Sequence record: DRR723986_833
Reading direction: 5' to 3' (one strand)
DNA length: 64,000 bases
Part shown: piece by piece, positions 38,767 through 48,294 of the stretch
Numbering within the stretch: the stretch's first letter is position 1
How the letters are laid out: each line of letters begins with the position of its first letter
Made by a program: the position numbers and the translations under genes
Notes under the pieces: model-generated
The model's input: the letters and a program-made list of their open reading frames with translations, nothing else
What the model was told of the DNA's origin: nothing
Database searches by the model: none

Positions 38767-40947
38767 GTGCTAAAAAGGAAGGCACACGACAAGCAGGAGG
38801 CCGTAGTGGACGGACAACATGAGCAGGCCACTGCCCGTAAGGCGCAGTGGTTGCACTCCGAAGCAGAGTGCGTTGAGCAGGTGCGCCAGCGCTTGGGGAA
38901 TACATTAACGCTGGCGCTACCGCTGGGCTTGGGCAAGCCCGTTGCCCTGGTCGATGCGTTTTACCAACAAGCCTGCAAGCACCCTGAGCTTTCCCTTACG
39001 GTGATGACAGCGCTTACCCTGGAGCGTCCGCAAGAGAATGACCCGGTACGCGGGCGCTTATTAACGCCGGTATTTGAACGCCTGTTTCGCCGTTATCGCG
39101 AGCCCTTGTATACCACTGCTGAACGTCGCGGCGAGCTACCGTCGAATGTGCAGGTGCACGAGTTTTATTTTAAGGCTGGTGCCCGCCTTGGTAATCCGAT
39201 AGCGCAACAAAACTATGTAAGTAGCAACTATACCCATGCGGCTCGTGATATCAGTGAGCGCGGTTGCAATGTGGTCATGCAGTTGCTCGCCCGGCATGCC
39301 GATGGTCGGCTGAGTATGAGTTGCAACCCGGATACCTCCAATGCCTTGCTAGAGCGATTGCGCGCAAAGGCTGAGCCATTTGTCGCTATTGGCGTGGTAC
39401 ACGACGAGCTGCCTTTTATGGTTGGCGATGCCGAAGTCAGTGAACAGCACTTTGACTATCTGTTGAACAATGACAGCCAGCAGCACGGCTTGTTTGCGGT
39501 GCCGCGTTTGCAGCCGGTTCCCGCTGCCGACTATGCAATTGGGCTGATCGCCAGCAGTTTGGTTAAAGATGGTGGAACGCTTCAACTGGGCATTGGCAGT
39601 ATGGGTGATGCGATTGTGCAGTCGCTAATGCTCAGGGATCAGCGCAATGACAGCTATCAGCAACTGCTAAAGCAATTGGGTATTAGCGCCTCGCTCAGCG
39701 ATCAAGTAGGTGGGCGTTTACCGTTTGAACACGGCCTTTACGGCGCCACCGAGATGTTTGTGGAGGGTTTTCTTTCGCTATTCGACAGCGACATTTTGCG
39801 CCGCGAAGTATACGATTTCTGGGCGTTGCAGCAGCTGATTAACGAGGGGCGTTGCCAGCCCGACAATTTACAGGCGGACTGTTTGACCGCTATGGCAGAC
39901 GTCGGTGTGCGAGAGCTGCGCGGTAAGGACTTTGAGGTATTGCAGTACCACGGTTTTTTCCGGGATGAATGCCGCTATCGCGAGGGCCGCCTGATCGCGG
40001 CAAGTGGTGAATCCTGCGCGGCGAATATGGCGAACCCGTCGAGTCAGCGGTTTATCGCCGAACACTGTCTGGGAAGGGCGTTGCGCAATGGCAAAGTATT
40101 GCACGGGGGCTTCTTTCTGGGCAGCGAAGACTTTTACGCTCGATTGCGCGCGCTACCAGAGGAGCGCCGTCGACAGCTTGCGATGTGCGGTGTCGATAAG
40201 ATCAATCAACTCGATCTGAATCCACGGCTATTCCGTGCGCAGCGGCGCGATGCACGCTTTATCAACACAGGGTTGAATGTGAGCTTAAACGGCGCCGTCG
40301 CCTCCGATACATTGGAGAGTGGCCAGGTTATTTCCGGTGTTGGCGGGCAATACAATTTCGTTGCGATGGCCCACCAACTTCAAACGGGGCGCTCTGTGCT
40401 GATGATCCGCTCGCATCGTCGGGGCGCTTCCGGCCCGGAGTCGAATATTGTGCCGCACTACGGTGCCTGCACCATTCCGCGTCACCTGCGGGACCTTATT
40501 GTTACCGAGTACGGTGTTGCCGATTTGCGGGGTAAGTCAGATCGCGAGGTAGCCGAGGCGCTTATTGCCATTGCCGATAGTCGATTCCAGCCTGAGTTGA
40601 TCCGCTATGCGCAGCAAGCGGGTAAGCTTCCCGCTGACTTTGTATTGCCTGAGTCGCAGCGCGGCAATACGCCGCAGCGCATTCAGACAATCATTGCCCG
40701 TGCGGCAGAGCAGGGCCTGTGTCCGCCGTACCCACTGGGCTGCGATTTTAGTGATGTTGAGCTGCGCGCGGCTAAACGGCTTCTCAAGGTAAAGAATATG
40801 AGCGCCTTGCAGCGATGTCGCACATTGTTGCAGTCAACGCCGATAGATAGTGCCTCAGATGAACTGTTAGAGTTGCTCGCGCTGAAGCAGGTAAGCGGGC
40901 TAAAACAGCGCCTTTTGCGGCGACTATTGCTGGCAGTCGACGATTGA
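38767..40947 (+). CDS. Acetyl-CoA hydrolase/CoA-transferase family protein (start uncertain)
   Basis: PLGLGKP, SNYTH, DGGTLQLGIG, SGVGGQ.NF, VTEYGVADLRGK. Confidence 0.85.
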   Translation: MLKRKAHDKQEAVVDGQHEQATARKAQWLHSEAECVEQVRQRLGNTLTLALPLGLGKPVALVDAFYQQACKHPELSLTVMTALTLERPQENDPVRGRLLTPVFERLFRRYREPLYTTAERRGELPSNVQVHEFYFKAGARLGNPIAQQNYVSSNYTHAARDISERGCNVVMQLLARHADGRLSMSCNPDTSNALLERLRAKAEPFVAIGVVHDELPFMVGDAEVSEQHFDYLLNNDSQQHGLFAVPRLQPVPAADYAIGLIASSLVKDGGTLQLGIGSMGDAIVQSLMLRDQRNDSYQQLLKQLGISASLSDQVGGRLPFEHGLYGATEMFVEGFLSLFDSDILRREVYDFWALQQLINEGRCQPDNLQADCLTAMADVGVRELRGKDFEVLQYHGFFRDECRYREGRLIAASGESCAANMANPSSQRFIAEHCLGRALRNGKVLHGGFFLGSEDFYARLRALPEERRRQLAMCGVDKINQLDLNPRLFRAQRRDARFINTGLNVSLNGAVASDTLESGQVISGVGGQYNFVAMAHQLQTGRSVLMIRSHRRGASGPESNIVPHYGACTIPRHLRDLIVTEYGVADLRGKSDREVAEALIAIADSRFQPELIRYAQQAGKLPADFVLPESQRGNTPQRIQTIIARAAEQGLCPPYPLGCDFSDVELRAAKRLLKVKNMSALQRCRTLLQSTPIDSASDELLELLALKQVSGLKQRLLRRLLLAVDD

Positions 40948-41166
40948 ATTTGTGGCTCTGCTCACATTTTGAACAATTGGCTTGTTGGTCATTGAGCTCC
41001 GCAAGTTATTGATAATGAGGCTAAATATAGTCGTTAGCGATAGTGGGGTAGGGGAAAATGCCTGCTGCTGTCGCCGCCTGTTTTCGCTAGTGTGAAGGCT
41101 ACTGAATTGCACGCCGCGACATAAGTTCTTGTTTGCGACGGCCCAGCGAAAAGCAATAGGTGACGT

Positions 41167-41517
41167 ATGAAGGCAGTAATGGCAACGAAAGTATTGATTG
41201 GGTGTTTGAGCGTGTCGGCGTGGTGTTATGGCGCGGAACCTGAGCAGTGCTTGAACTGGACAGTTGAAACCCATAATTCCGCCTCGAAAGCCTCCAGTTG
41301 CGCCTATTACATGCGCGACAAGGTGTCCACGCGCTTCCTCGTACAAAACCAGTGTGAGAGTAGAGTGTCAGGGGTTTTCAGTTACACGCGAGAAGATGCG
41401 GTACGGCCGCTGAGTGTACAGGCCTTTGATGTTGAACCGGGGGAGGTTGAAGAGGTGGCGAACCCTTGTGACGAAGCCGGTGACTGGCGCATCCAGGTGT
41501 CGCAAGTCAGTTATTGA
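41167..41517 (+). CDS. Hypothetical exported small protein
   Basis: Signal-peptide-like N-terminus, 4 Cys in mature part, AGGTG RBS; family not recognised. Confidence 0.6.
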   Translation: MKAVMATKVLIGCLSVSAWCYGAEPEQCLNWTVETHNSASKASSCAYYMRDKVSTRFLVQNQCESRVSGVFSYTREDAVRPLSVQAFDVEPGEVEEVANPCDEAGDWRIQVSQVSY

Positions 41518-41561
41518 GAGCCTGCCTTGTCGCCGCCCTGTTGCGGTAGTTTTCGCCAGAC

Positions 41562-41597
41562 AAAAAAAAGCGCTGCATATTTGCAGCGCTTTTTTTA
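41562..41597. terminator. Bidirectional intrinsic terminator
   Basis: A-tract, GCGCTGCA-tatt-TGCAGCGC, T-tract between convergent genes. Confidence 0.9.
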
Positions 41598-41608
41598 TGC
41601 CAGAAGAC

Positions 41609-43411
41609 CTAGCGAAGTTCGAAGCGAGCCGGGTCCATGCCCATAACGCTTTCGGTGCTGCTGTCCATTGACGCTGCGTGAGCTTTCGCGCGAGGTAATA
41701 GGCGAGAGAAGTAAAACTCAGCCGTTTCCAGCTTGGCTTTGTAGAACTCGCTGTCGCCTTCACCGGCTTCCAGCTTGTTCGCGGCAACTTCCGCCATCAT
41801 CGCCCAGTAGTAGGCCATAGACAGATAGCCTGAGTACATCAGGAAGTCATAGGACGCGGCTGATACGGCATCGCGGTTACGGCTGGCGCGCGCGACCATT
41901 TTGATGGTTTTCCAGTTCAGGCCCAGGGTGTAACCGATCAGCTTGGCGCTGTGGCCACGGCGCTTGCCGCTGATCAGGTTTTTGAAGCCAAATTTGTAAA
42001 GCTTTTTGCTGAAGCCTGCGTACAGCTTAAAGCCATCCAGAACCACTTTTCGGCCGATCAGGTCCATCGCCTGAATACCGGTTGTGCCTTCGTACATGGT
42101 GGCAATACGTGCGTCGCGGTAAATCTGCTCCATGCCGTGCTCAGTGATGAAGCCGTGGCCACCGTAAACCTGCATGGCATTGCTGGCAGATTCCAAACCG
42201 GTTTCTGTCAGGAAGGCCTTCAGGATAGGAGTTAAGAAGCCCAGCTCGTTTTCCGCTGCGTCGCGCTCTTCCTGAGTGTTGGCGTGAACCATTACGTCAG
42301 AGTATTTGGCGGCGTCGTAAATCATTGCGCGTCCACCTTCAGCAAAGGCGCGAGCTGTTAGCAGCATGCGGCGCACATCGCCGTGGTGGATGATTGCATC
42401 ACCGGCTTTGTCGGGGTTTTTAGTGCCTGACAGGGCGCGCATAGAGTGGCGCTCCATCGCGTAGGGCCAGGCGTTCTGGTAAGCCAACTCTGACGCAGCC
42501 AGGCCTTGGATGGCCGTGCCGATACGGGCGGTATTCATGAAGGTGAACATGGCCGCCAAGCCTTCGTTCTCTTTGCCCAACATATAACCGGTGGCATCGT
42601 CGAAATTGATAACGCAGGTCGCGTTGCCGTGGATACCCATTTTCTTTTCGATGCTGCCACAGGCAACGCCGTTGCGCTCAGTGATGTTGCCGTCGTTGTC
42701 AGACAGGAACTTGGGCACGATGAACAGGGAAATACCCTTTGTGCCTTCCGGCGCGCCGGGTGTGCGGGCGAGTACAATGTGGACAATATTTTCGGCCAGG
42801 TCGTGTTCGCCAGCAGAAATAAAGATCTTGGTGCCGGTCAGTTTGTAACTGCCGTCTTCTTGTGGCTCGGCCTTGCTCTTCATTTGACCGAGGTCAGAAC
42901 CGCAGTGGGGTTCGGTCAAGCACATGGTGCCGGTCCAGGTGGCTTCGCAGAGCTTGCGCAGGTAAAGGCCTTTCTGCTCTTCAGTGCCGTGTACGTAAAG
43001 CGTGTTCATCGCGCCGAGGCTCAGGCCTGGGTACATGCCCCAGCTCCAGTTGGCGGTGCCGACCAGCTCTGATTTGATCAAACCCATTGACATCGGCAGG
43101 CCCTGGCCGCCGTATTCTGCAGGGTGAGACAAGCCCTGCCAGCCGCCCTCTACCCACATATCGTAGGCTTCTTTGAAACCGGGAGGAGTGGTGACTTCGC
43201 CGTCTTTCCATACGCAGCCGTGCTCGTCGCCGCTTTGGTTGAGAGGCGCAAGGACTTCTTCAGAGAATTTTGCCGCTTCGCCAATGATGGCATCGATCAT
43301 GTCGGGGGTGGCTTCTTCGCCGCCGGGGATCTGGGCATAGTGTGCTTGGTAGTCGAGCACATCGTTGATCACAAAATCGATATCGCGTACCGGGGCCTTG
43401 TAAGTAGTCAT
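41609..43411 (-). CDS. Acyl-CoA dehydrogenase (about 600 aa, FadE5-like class)
   Basis: GTMCLTEP..GSD, KIFIS.GEHD, MN.ARIG, Q.YGGHG, YEGT.GIQA.DL. Confidence 0.93.
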   Translation of the reverse strand: MTTYKAPVRDIDFVINDVLDYQAHYAQIPGGEEATPDMIDAIIGEAAKFSEEVLAPLNQSGDEHGCVWKDGEVTTPPGFKEAYDMWVEGGWQGLSHPAEYGGQGLPMSMGLIKSELVGTANWSWGMYPGLSLGAMNTLYVHGTEEQKGLYLRKLCEATWTGTMCLTEPHCGSDLGQMKSKAEPQEDGSYKLTGTKIFISAGEHDLAENIVHIVLARTPGAPEGTKGISLFIVPKFLSDNDGNITERNGVACGSIEKKMGIHGNATCVINFDDATGYMLGKENEGLAAMFTFMNTARIGTAIQGLAASELAYQNAWPYAMERHSMRALSGTKNPDKAGDAIIHHGDVRRMLLTARAFAEGGRAMIYDAAKYSDVMVHANTQEERDAAENELGFLTPILKAFLTETGLESASNAMQVYGGHGFITEHGMEQIYRDARIATMYEGTTGIQAMDLIGRKVVLDGFKLYAGFSKKLYKFGFKNLISGKRRGHSAKLIGYTLGLNWKTIKMVARASRNRDAVSAASYDFLMYSGYLSMAYYWAMMAEVAANKLEAGEGDSEFYKAKLETAEFYFSRLLPRAKAHAASMDSSTESVMGMDPARFELR

Positions 43412-43668
43412 GGCTGCCTCGTGGTTGTCTATTCGCTGTCGGAGGAATTCCCAGTGAGGAATTCAGCTAGGTGGCGGAGCATAACGAAAGCGTTGCGGCG
43501 ACAAATTGGCCGTGCCAACCAATAAAAAATGACAATTGGGTCAATGTAGACACGAGCTGTTGTCAAAAAAGCGCGAGGTCGCTGGCTCAGCGGCGCCCGC
43601 TATGCTTGAGAGATATGCGGTCAGGAGGGATACTGGGGGTTCGCGTTCTCGCAGGTGGAGTTGTCAGC

Positions 43669-44790
43669 ATGAATGTTGATTTTTCAATTTGCATGGAGCG
43701 CCACCCGCTACCCGCGGGTGGCTATTTGGCCCAGCTTACGCTGAATGCGCCGTCGCGGCGCAATGCCATTACCCCGGAGATGGCCGAGCGTTTGCACCGG
43801 GCGCTTCTTAGCCTGCGCGACGATCCCGAGGCGGTGGCAGTACTGCTCGATGGCGCTGGCGACGGCGGTTTTTGCGGCGGTGCTGATGCTCAGCGTATGT
43901 TGGCGTCGGCACTGGCCAATCCGGGTGGCGCCGCCGTCGAAGCGGAGGCCTTTCTATGTTGTGGCTATATTTCCGCGTTTTTGATTCACACTTTCCCAAA
44001 ACCAGTAATTTGCTGGGGTGACGGCAGAGTAATGGGGGCCGGCTTGGGCCTGATGGCGGGTGCCAGCCACCGCATTGTCACTGAGCACAGCCGCTTATCG
44101 GTGCCCGAGGCGAGTATTGGTTTACTGCCGAACGCGGGCGCGGGCTGGTATTTGGGGAAGATGCCCGGTGAAACCGGTTTGTATATGGCACTGACCGGCG
44201 TGCAGCTGGGTGCGGCGGATGCCCTTTATGCCGGGCTTGCCGACTACTGCTGGGCATCGGCGGAAAAATCGACCCTGTTGCGCAGTTTATTGCACTTGCC
44301 CTGGTGCGACGACTCCTCGGCGAATCACGAGATGCTGACCGATGCACTCACTGACTGGGAAGTGGAGCAGGGTATTTGCTTGCAGCACGCGCCGCTGAAA
44401 ACGCACCGGCAATGGATAGACCAGCATTGCCGTGAATCCTGCCCGGCAAGCCTTGAGTCCGCTTTAGCGGGCGCCGCGCCGCGCGACGCCTGGCTGTCGG
44501 AGTCGCTGGCGGGCCTTCGTCGAGGCGCCGCGAGTGCTCATAAACTAATTGTTCGCCAGTTTGAGCGCAGTCGCGGTTTGGGGCTGGCCGATGTGTTGCG
44601 TCTGGAAATGACCCTGGCAGCGAACCGGCTTCGCGACCCGGAGTTTGCCGAAGGGGTGCGCGCGCGCTTCAAAGACCGCGACCAGGACCCTCACTGGTGC
44701 TACCGCAGCGTCGCCGAGGTGCCAGACGAGGAAATTGAAGCGCTTTTTGTGCCGCCCTGGCAGCAGCACCCCCTGACCGCGCTGGGATAA
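43669..44790 (+). CDS. Enoyl-CoA hydratase/3-hydroxyisobutyryl-CoA hydrolase family
   Basis: FCGGAD, G.VMG.G.GL, PE..IGL.P..G, F.EGVRA...D.D..P.W; ATG 43669 preferred. Confidence 0.8.
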   Translation: MNVDFSICMERHPLPAGGYLAQLTLNAPSRRNAITPEMAERLHRALLSLRDDPEAVAVLLDGAGDGGFCGGADAQRMLASALANPGGAAVEAEAFLCCGYISAFLIHTFPKPVICWGDGRVMGAGLGLMAGASHRIVTEHSRLSVPEASIGLLPNAGAGWYLGKMPGETGLYMALTGVQLGAADALYAGLADYCWASAEKSTLLRSLLHLPWCDDSSANHEMLTDALTDWEVEQGICLQHAPLKTHRQWIDQHCRESCPASLESALAGAAPRDAWLSESLAGLRRGAASAHKLIVRQFERSRGLGLADVLRLEMTLAANRLRDPEFAEGVRARFKDRDQDPHWCYRSVAEVPDEEIEALFVPPWQQHPLTALG

Positions 44791-44804
44791 GAGGCACCGG
44801 GCGT

Positions 44805-45710
44805 TTATTGCGCTTCAGCCAGGATGTCCTCGTTGGTGTCTATTTGACGCGGCGCCGATATCCAGTTGTCGAGAGCATCTAGCATGTCGCTGCGCCGCCG
44901 TTTCAGGCCACTAAATGCCAGCAGCGGCGCAACATGGCCACCGTCGCTTACAAACAACTCCGCAGCGCTCCCCGCTGACTGCAGTAATTCAACCAGCCGC
45001 TGACTATTGCGCACACTAACCGTTGTGTCGTCGCGACCGTGTATGAGCAGCGCTGGTGGGTGATTGGCGCTGACAAAGTTCACCGTGTTGCCCTCTGGGT
45101 AACGCTCTGGTGGGCCGAAGATCGCCGCCACTTTCTTTGCCTTCGGTGGCAGGAAGTCGTAGGGGCCAGACAGCCCGAAGACACCACTCAGCCACGCTGG
45201 GCTGCCACCTTCTGCACGAAGGTAACGTTCATCCAAGGCGAGCATCAGGGCACTGTGTGCACCGGCAGAGTGACCACCGACATAGAGTTGCTTCGGGTCG
45301 CCGCCGTACTGCGCGGCAATTTTGCGCACGGCTGCCACGGCGCTCGCGGCATCTTCAATAAACGCGGGAAAACGCACTTCGGGGAATAAGCGGTAACTGA
45401 TGATGACGGCAAGATAGCCTCGCTGAGCCAGGGTCTCGCCCACAAAGCGATACTCGCTGCGCTCGCCAGATGACCAGTAACCGCCGTGAATAAAAACCAC
45501 CACAGGAAGATTATTGCCCTGCTCGGGGCGATACAGGTCAAACTTGTGTCGGGGGTGCTCGCCATAGGACAGCGCTGGTATATGCGTGGCACCGGAGCCG
45601 GGCGTCAGGGCATTGATAAGATGCATGGCGCAGCCGGTTATTGAAAAAAATGCCATAAGGAGTCCTGTCCACCGAAGAGCACAACTGAGATTGCTGAAAA
45701 TAGGGCTCAT
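44805..45710 (-). CDS. Alpha/beta hydrolase (HSL-like carboxylesterase), possible lipoprotein
   Basis: HGGYW, GHSAG nucleophile, HG.DD..V, GH; ITGC lipobox-like. Confidence 0.88.
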   Translation of the reverse strand: MSPIFSNLSCALRWTGLLMAFFSITGCAMHLINALTPGSGATHIPALSYGEHPRHKFDLYRPEQGNNLPVVVFIHGGYWSSGERSEYRFVGETLAQRGYLAVIISYRLFPEVRFPAFIEDAASAVAAVRKIAAQYGGDPKQLYVGGHSAGAHSALMLALDERYLRAEGGSPAWLSGVFGLSGPYDFLPPKAKKVAAIFGPPERYPEGNTVNFVSANHPPALLIHGRDDTTVSVRNSQRLVELLQSAGSAAELFVSDGGHVAPLLAFSGLKRRRSDMLDALDNWISAPRQIDTNEDILAEAQ

Positions 45711-45776
45711 TAGAGCGTGATTCCGTATTGGATAAAAGTGTGTTTACGGTGTGGTGCCGCAGTTGTGATCAGCAGA

Positions 45777-45813
45777 ATAATTTTTGCCTATCAATTTTAT
45801 AGGTATAATCGAA
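45777..45813 (+). promoter_or_regulatory. OxyR-type (LysR) binding site candidate
   Basis: ATAA-N7-CTAT-N7-ATAG-N7-CGAA, matching the spacing of ATAG-N7-CTAT-N7-ATAG-N7-CTAT. Confidence 0.55.
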
Positions 45814-45875
45814 TTTATCTATTTTTGGTGCGCGGTTAAGGTGAAAGCCAGCAATGAGGATTGAGGGCAAATACC

Positions 45876-46079
45876 ATGAAAAAAACTCTGAGCTTTGCCG
45901 TGATGCATTTCAGCGTGGCCTTTGCCGTGGCTTATATACTGACCGGCAGTGTATTGCTCGGTGGGCTGTTAGCCTTGGTTGAGCCAGCAGTGAACACGGT
46001 GGCGTTTTACTTCCACGAGCAATTTTGGCAGCGGCTGCAGTCATCCAGACCGCAGCCAGCGGAGGTGTTATCCGTTTAA
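45876..46079 (+). CDS. DUF2061 family small membrane protein
   Basis: MKKT.SFA.MHF.VAF.V.Y.LTG, EP..NTVAFYFHE..W. Confidence 0.8.
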   Translation: MKKTLSFAVMHFSVAFAVAYILTGSVLLGGLLALVEPAVNTVAFYFHEQFWQRLQSSRPQPAEVLSV

Positions 46080-46250
46080 CAGATGCTGTATCAGTGCCAC
46101 CACGATACCGACGGCAACCAGGGGCAGTATCCAGCGGCTGATCCGCTGTTGCTGCTCAGGGCTTGCCCGCGGCGCGTATTTTTCAATTAGTGGTACAAGC
46201 AAAAACAGCGAGATAAATATCGCCGCAACAAGGGCTAGCATGGTAGCCAT
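46068..46250 (-). CDS. Small hypothetical two-TM protein
   Basis: 60 aa, two hydrophobic segments, AGGAGAGG RBS. Confidence 0.6.
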   Translation of the reverse strand: MATMLALVAAIFISLFLLVPLIEKYAPRASPEQQQRISRWILPLVAVGIVVALIQHLLNG

Positions 46251-46278
46251 AGCGTCGCCTCTCCTTTATTGAAAACGC

Positions 46279-47868
46279 CTACTGGCCGCGCCACTTTACC
46301 TGGTACAGGTCGTGACGTCGGTCGCGAAGATTCTGCACGGTGCCACTATTGCGGGCGACGTGCAGGCTTTCTGGTCGCAGGTCTGCAATGGCAACGGTTT
46401 CGACATTGGGCGTGGTGTCAGCGGCAATACCGTCGCGGGCAAAGGAGAAATCGCAGGGTGTCAGAATGCAGCTCTGTGCATACTGAATGTCCATATTCGC
46501 CACGTTGGGAAGGTTGCCGACATTGCCCGACATCACGACATAGATTTGGTTTTCCACCGCCCGTGCCTGACAACAGTAGCGTACGCGCATATAGCTCTGG
46601 CGTTCGTCTGTGCAAAACGGCACGAACAGGATCTGAGCGCCCTGGTTCACGAGGTGGCGTGATAATTCGGGGAATTCCGAGTCGTAGCAGATCAATACGC
46701 CAATGGGGCCGCAGTCGGTGTCGATAGTATTTAGGCTGCTGCCGCCCTCAATATTCCACCAATACGCCTCGTTGGGGGTCGGGTGGATTTTCGGTTGCTC
46801 GTCGATGCGGCCATCGCGATGAAAGACATAGGAGATATTTTCCACCCGACCATTGGCGACGCGGGTAGGGTGGGAGCCGCCGATAATATTGATGTTGTAG
46901 CGCACGGCGAGGTCTTGCATGGCTTCGCAGTAGCGCGGCGTGTATTTGGTTAGGGCTTCAATGGATTCCGCTGGGCTGAGCTCTTGGTCTTCAATGGAGA
47001 GGAGCTGGAGGGTAATCAGCTCAGGGAAGACCACAAAATCCGCTTTGTAGTCGGCGACGACATCGACGAAGTATTCCACGAAGGACATGAATTCCGCGAA
47101 CGACTGCACTTTGCGCTGCATGTATTGCACTGTGCCGACGCGCACGGTATCCGCTTGCCTGCCACCAAATTCGCTGGTTTGGGTGATATAGGCGTCTCTG
47201 GCGATCTTCGGGTTGTGCCATACCAGGTGGGCGCCAAAGCCCAGCGAGTCCCGGTCGGCGCTGAGGTAGTTTTCAACCACACCCAAAACCTCAAAACCGT
47301 TGCCAATCTGGAATGACAATACCGGGTCGCGCACCTGTTTTTGCATTACAGCGTCAAGGTAGGCTTCGGCACTGCCGAAACGGCGCAAACGCTTGGCCAG
47401 CCCTGGCAGGCGACCGACAAAAACAATGCCCTTCAGCGACAGGGACTCGCAGAGTTTTTTACGGGCATTGTAGAGCCGTTGGCCAATGCGATAACCGCGC
47501 ACACTTTTGTCGACACACACCTCCATGCCATACAGCCATTCGCCATTGGGGTCGTGCCGGGTGCCGTAGCCATTGGCCGTTATCGACTCCCATGTGTGGG
47601 GCTGCAGGCATACTTTACCGCTGACGCGAAACGTGGCGCAGTAGCCGACGATGTCTTCGTCGAGGGTGACCACAAACTTCCCCTCCGGGAAGTGGCTGAG
47701 CTGACCGCGCAGTTCTGCCGGTGAGTAGGGGTCGATGCCGGTGCCCTGATACACCCGACGGGACAAATTGACGATGCCTGGAATATCGCCGCGTTGGGCG
47801 GTTCTTACATGCAGCCGTTTGCCCGAGGCGGTGAGCTTTTCGCCGCCTCGTGAAGCCGATTTTGCCAT
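46279..47868 (-). CDS. Bifunctional GNAT acetyltransferase / carbon-nitrogen hydrolase
   Basis: N-term LYGMEVCV....RG..IG.RLY; C-term triad motifs FPE, QPKIH, ICYD. Confidence 0.88.
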   Translation of the reverse strand: MAKSASRGGEKLTASGKRLHVRTAQRGDIPGIVNLSRRVYQGTGIDPYSPAELRGQLSHFPEGKFVVTLDEDIVGYCATFRVSGKVCLQPHTWESITANGYGTRHDPNGEWLYGMEVCVDKSVRGYRIGQRLYNARKKLCESLSLKGIVFVGRLPGLAKRLRRFGSAEAYLDAVMQKQVRDPVLSFQIGNGFEVLGVVENYLSADRDSLGFGAHLVWHNPKIARDAYITQTSEFGGRQADTVRVGTVQYMQRKVQSFAEFMSFVEYFVDVVADYKADFVVFPELITLQLLSIEDQELSPAESIEALTKYTPRYCEAMQDLAVRYNINIIGGSHPTRVANGRVENISYVFHRDGRIDEQPKIHPTPNEAYWWNIEGGSSLNTIDTDCGPIGVLICYDSEFPELSRHLVNQGAQILFVPFCTDERQSYMRVRYCCQARAVENQIYVVMSGNVGNLPNVANMDIQYAQSCILTPCDFSFARDGIAADTTPNVETVAIADLRPESLHVARNSGTVQNLRDRRHDLYQVKWRGQ

Positions 47869-47902
47869 TCTATGATCTCGCTAGCGTACGGGAAGGTGGG
47901 AG

Positions 47903-48217
47903 CTATTCACTGGTTTTCGCGCTGGACGCACGGCGCTTCGCAGGCGTTTTACGGGCGGATGGCTTGGCCTTGGTTTGGGTTTTGCTCTCCGAGTCGCGCT
48001 TGGTTGCCAGGCCGCTCACTGTTTTCAACAGGCGAGTGGTCATATCCAGCGTTTTCATGCCCTCGGTGAAAGCCGTTTTGGCGATTTGCTGCACCATCTC
48101 CGTATCGCCTTCGGTGATGCGTTTTTGCACAGAGTCCCAAATAGGCTGCATATCGGGCAGGCCGACTAAGCGCCGCAGCTCTTCGGGTTCGATCTCCAGT
48201 TCTAAATGTACTTTCAT
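47903..48217 (-). CDS. Small protein (DUF6489-like) with basic Lys/Ala-rich tail
   Basis: MKV..E....PEE.RR..GLPD.QP N-terminus; C-term KAKPSARKTPAKRR; AAGGAG RBS. Confidence 0.6.
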   Translation of the reverse strand: MKVHLELEIEPEELRRLVGLPDMQPIWDSVQKRITEGDTEMVQQIAKTAFTEGMKTLDMTTRLLKTVSGLATKRDSESKTQTKAKPSARKTPAKRRASSAKTSE

Positions 48218-48294
48218 TCAAGGTGCTCCTTGTGGATATGCTGAGTATGCCACTGGCAAAGCAAGGGTCAATCACCTGTTGTTCGCGAATCGCA

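Noticed and set aside
41011-41029. GATAATGAGGCTAAATATA as a Fur box
   Set aside because: Only the left half matches well, it is not palindromic, and there is no iron-related context
43442-43464. GAGGAATTC direct repeat
   Set aside because: Only two 9-bp copies with no supporting context; could be chance
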